From assembly GCF_963506605.1 (NCBI RefSeq), contig NC_083281.1:56854001-56918000 (forward strand): DNA of 64,000 nt. The letters run 5' to 3'. The notes beneath the pieces were generated by a model that saw only the letters and a list, made by a program, of their open reading frames with translations, was not told where the DNA came from and did not search any database. The translations under genes were made by a program, and so were the position numbers. Numbering within the stretch: position 1 is the first letter of the stretch; each line of letters opens with the position of its first letter. This document shows positions 60,027 through 64,000 of this stretch, piece by piece. This DNA comes from Zootoca vivipara. Taxonomy: Eukaryota.

Positions 60027-63000
60027 CAGATGTTGAAGGCCTGTATAAAGAGGTACATTTTCAACAATGACAAAAGCTGTATAATGAAGGTAGACACATC
60101 TATGTGAGGAGGGAATTCAATAGCTATGGGGCTGTCCTAGAGAATGCTGTCTTCCAGCCTGCCACTATCCATGTTGGGATCAGGTAAAGGGTTTTTGTTT
60201 TAACCAAGGATGCCAGCAGGGATTGAACCTGGGACTTTTTGCATGTAAAACGTGTTCATTCCTTGCATCTGTGGAACCATAGTACTGTAGTAATCGTAGC
60301 GATTCTAGCTTCGCTCATCCTGGCAACCCTGCATCCCACTCTTTAACTTACCCTTCACCAACCTGGTGATTCCCACAGTTGTTCTGCACCAGAGCAGATG
60401 GGTGTCCTTGGGTGGAAAAATGGCTGTTAATATCAGGGATACAGTTTTTAAAAATCAGATGGGTTTTAAGTGGTGCTGAAAAACACTGCATTTGATTTCA
60501 TTTATTATTTTAGCTTACATTTATATCAAAGAATACTCAAGGCTGCACATGATTAAAATACAAATACAGTACTATAAATCTCCAGGTACCGGACGTGTGT
60601 TTAAGGGACCAACATTAATACATTTCCTGACCATGGATAGGAGGAGTAAAATCCAGGTGCTTGGATGGCCAGGGACTTAATTTTTCAAGCATGTTTAAGG
60701 AAGCTGATGGAATTCTTGAGGCTTCCCATAGTGGAGATGGGACATTAAGACTGCAATCCAACTACACTTACCTGAGAGCAAGTCCCATTGAATTCATAAG
60801 GACTTAATTCTGAGTAGATAAGTATAGGATTCAATTGAGTGCAATCCTTTGCATGTCTACTTGGATATTATTCCCACTGAGTTCAGTGAGACATGCCTTG
60901 GGTTGTCAGTTGTGTATATGCTGAGGAAGCATTTTTCTTGCTGCTTTTCTTTTTCACAGTTCCTATGTTGTTGTTCTTTGCAGCATCCAGGTGGAGAGGA
61001 GGTTCTGCTTGAACAAGCTGGTAGAGATGCCACTGAGAACTTTGAAGATGTCGGCCACTCTTTGGATGCCCGAGAGATGCTTGACCAATACCTTATAGGA
61101 GAGGTTCATCCGGTGAGGTCCTAGGATGGGGGAAAAATTGGGAATGTTTGTAGCTTTTATTTAATAAGAATATCCACCTTTGGGTACAGGCTGTGGAGCT
61201 CCAGAGAGAAGGTGAGGCACAAACTATTCTTTGCCTCCTTTGTCAAAGAGCTTGTTGTGGGTTTGGGTGGGGGAGCTGACTAATGTAGCAGCATGTGCTC
61301 TCAAATGACTTGAACTCAGCCTTTGGTCGCCTCCTGCCCTCCAGTTTAAGACTACAACTCCCAGCACAACTGTGTTGGAGTAGATACTGTAGTATGGCCA
61401 TGCAAGCTGGGGCTGATGGGAGTTGTCATCCAAAACAACTAGAGAGTACCAGGTTGGCAAGGCAGCTCTAAAATCCTGGTTTCATTAAATAAGAACTTTG
61501 CTCCCAGTTCATTTCTGGGAGTGAGAAGTGAAGGATGCCAGGCACCTCAGGTGGCTTGGGCTCTTTCTTGCATGCCAGAAAGATTTTTTCCCAGGAGCTT
61601 AACATCCTTTCTCTTCTTTCTCTTCCTTTCCTTCTCTCAACAGTGTGACCGTAATCCTAATGCCTCCAAGGTAAGTCACTATCCTGGTGATCTCCCCTAC
61701 CTCCCTTCATTCTAGCATGGAAAAGGTTTGGGGGCACTTGAAAAGGTGCAGTGAGAATGGGCATGTTGTGTTAGTGGAATGCACCTACTCCTCGGTGAGC
61801 AGAGCTCACCTCACTTTGACTTCAGCAGTGGCAAAAGGGCTGAACATAGTTAGGGTGCTGCAATGAGAGCTGCCCTGTTGCACTAGGAGTGTTTGGTTGG
61901 TTTCTGCCCTTAATTGGTCAGAGTGGGAATGGGGGTGCTGCCTGTGGGCATTTTCCTCTAGAGAGCCCAAGGCCACTGGTGTTCTGGCTGCAGGTCTTGT
62001 GTTCTGCCTCTCACGTCCTCTCTTTCTACCTTGGGGCTTCAGTTCAATGAAAAACTCTCCTTCTGCAGTGGTTCTGTGCCATGCTGCCTTCAAACTTGAC
62101 TGTAAAATTGTCTGTAGCACAGTACAGGCAGATTAATGCCTATCTGTGTTCAGAGGTGATATTCCTCAGAGTACAAGTTCCTGGGGAAGTTGAATAAGAA
62201 TGGACTGTTGGTCTTACATAGGGTTGTTGTTAGGTCTTTAAAGGATGTGGAATGAAAATGTGCATATGCTAATTTATATGTGTAGGTGTCTCTGGGCAGT
62301 GTGTGTGTGTGTGTGTTTGTGTGTGTGTGTTTGTGTGTGTTAAGTTTTTAAAATAACTGATAGGAAAGGAGGCAGAAGATTTGGGGCCTGGTGCAAAAGG
62401 TCTGGTGCTCAGTCTCTCTGGACTACCAACTCCCTTGCCCTCCCTTGGGAACTTCTTGATGGGTCATATGGTTGGCCACTGTAGGAAAGAGTCTGCTGGG
62501 CTAGAGGAGCCCCCTTCAGCCTGATCCAGCAGTAGCTGCAGGGCTCTTCTTACTTCCCTCACAAGATAATAAGTTCTGGGTTAAAGGTCCTAGGTTTCAG
62601 GACTGTTTACCTTTGCTGGAGGAGAGAGGATTTCCTTGTTCTGCACACAACAGATTTCAATTGTAGCTGGTTGAGTGGGTGGGGCTGAAAGCACTCCAGG
62701 TATGGAACACGTCAGAATACCTGAGCAGCCCCTTCCCAGCAAGTCTTCCTGGGAGCTGACCTGGCAAACTCTGTGTTGCAGTTGTTGGGAGAATTCTGAG
62801 CCTGTCATTGAAGAGCAGTTCCCATGATTGGAGAACAGTGGGAGCCATCTGCTGGCTATGTAAACACAGCCACTGTGAGTTGCCCAAGTCCCACTGTGTG
62901 GTGCCCAGCAGTTCAATCATTTACGACGAAAGGATTATAACATTTCTCCTACCTAACTCGAAGCCCATTCTGTGTATTATCCTCTCTCTCATCATGCTCC

Positions 63001-64000
63001 CTGACTTGTGTCAACAAAGGCTTGGGGTGAGCATGAGGTCCCAGCCAACAACTTGTTGAATTTGTCCTGAGAACTTAAGCATTTGATTCTGTGCTACACT
63101 GTCAGCCTAGCATACACTTTGCCCAGAGATGTGCCCCTCTGCCACCAGGGAGCAACCTCAGGTTATTCACAAAAGACCTAAGTAGCTTCTCTGCTGCCTT
63201 GCTTCTTGTTCCAGAGTTGGAAATGACTTTATATGGGAAACACCCACTCCCTGTCCTTCATGTGTTGTGTTAGTGTCTTGGGAAGCTGTAAAGTCAATAC
63301 CTTTATGTGATTTATGATACCTGGGCGAGAAAAAGAGTCTTCACAATGTTTTTCCTACAAACATAAAAACACATTGCAGTAGTTTCATTTATAGAACCAT
63401 CCAGATTTAAAGTTTCAGAGTGACTAGTGCACAAGGAAATATGTGGGGTGTTTGTGTGTGTGTTAGCTAGATGAGCGTGGCTAGTTTGGTTATTGTAGTT
63501 TGATGCAAGCCAACATGACAGTTACTGGGTTTTCTACGTATAGGTCCCCATTTTGGGGAAAAAAAACAGGAAAAAACCAAAATGCTACAGGCATGCAAAC
63601 AAGCTTGTACTTTTTTTCATAAGAAGAATGCAAGGCAAACTTTTGTGGCAGGAACATTGCAAAGAAAGAAAAAGTGAGTTTCACTTAAATCTTGTCCAGG
63701 TGTCACTCCTTTCTGACAAGTGAGGGGTTTTTTCCCTGAGGAGAGGCATGGAGTATTGTGGGTGGCAAAGCCCTGGTTGGCCCATCTGAAGAAATGTGCC
63801 CAGGCATACCCTATTATTTGCAAACGACTTCTGTCTGCTCTGCAGTGTCTAATGGCTTACTTGAATCAATTACTAAAAGAAGGGTTTTGACATTGAGGAA
63901 GAAGCTGATGATGTTTCTGGTCCTCTGCCTTTACACTGATTCCCCCACCTACACTTTACATGCCCTGAAAGGGAGTCCTGTTTTCCCCTTTCAGGATCCT
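55202..64000 (+). CDS. CYB5B: Cytochrome b5 type B; exons 55202-55363, 60984-61112, 61644-61670 and 63995 onward (off window)
   Basis: [36 protein letters not shown]|[43 protein letters not shown]|CDRNPNASK|DP. It has the HPGG heme motif, and VAKRN, VLLEQAG and the DP exon start match CYB5B rather than CYB5A. Confidence 0.92.
56210..56696 (-). mobile_element. tRNA-derived SINE interrupted by a hAT MITE
   Basis: Tail CTCAAGGTGGCTTACA, core GGCCCAGTGTCACCCAG and reversed B-box TTTGAACC. Confidence 0.7.
56409..56659. mobile_element. hAT MITE
   Basis: TIR CAGGGGTC/GACCCCTG with a perfect 8-bp TSD ACCTAGTT. Confidence 0.85.
59988..60023. repeat. (AGAT)n microsatellite
   Basis: Read directly from the sequence. 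Confidence 0.9.

Overview
Vertebrate genomic DNA, almost certainly a squamate lizard, judged from BovB/RTE LINE, L2-tailed SINEs, Penelope-like and hAT/Tc1 MITE remnants. Gene order: 5' end of ZNF821 (-); complete IST1 (+), sharing a CpG-island promoter with ZNF821; complete PKD1L3 (-); a second, divergent polycystin-1-like paralog (-) that matches PKD1L3 nearly exon for exon but stops before the channel half; and the 5' exons of CYB5B (+). The most striking observation is a ~1.6 kb antisense insert in an IST1 intron (~7150-8790). It is a head-to-tail chain of decayed first coding exons from unrelated genes (IMPDH1/2, USP7, CCNL2, CDC42BPB, plus unassigned pieces). Each piece ends at its parent's first splice donor, and the chain is joined to an L2-type LINE 3' tail, which suggests a non-autonomous retroelement that serially traps first exons. 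Gene identities and parent exon boundaries come from my recall of vertebrate sequences; no database search was run.
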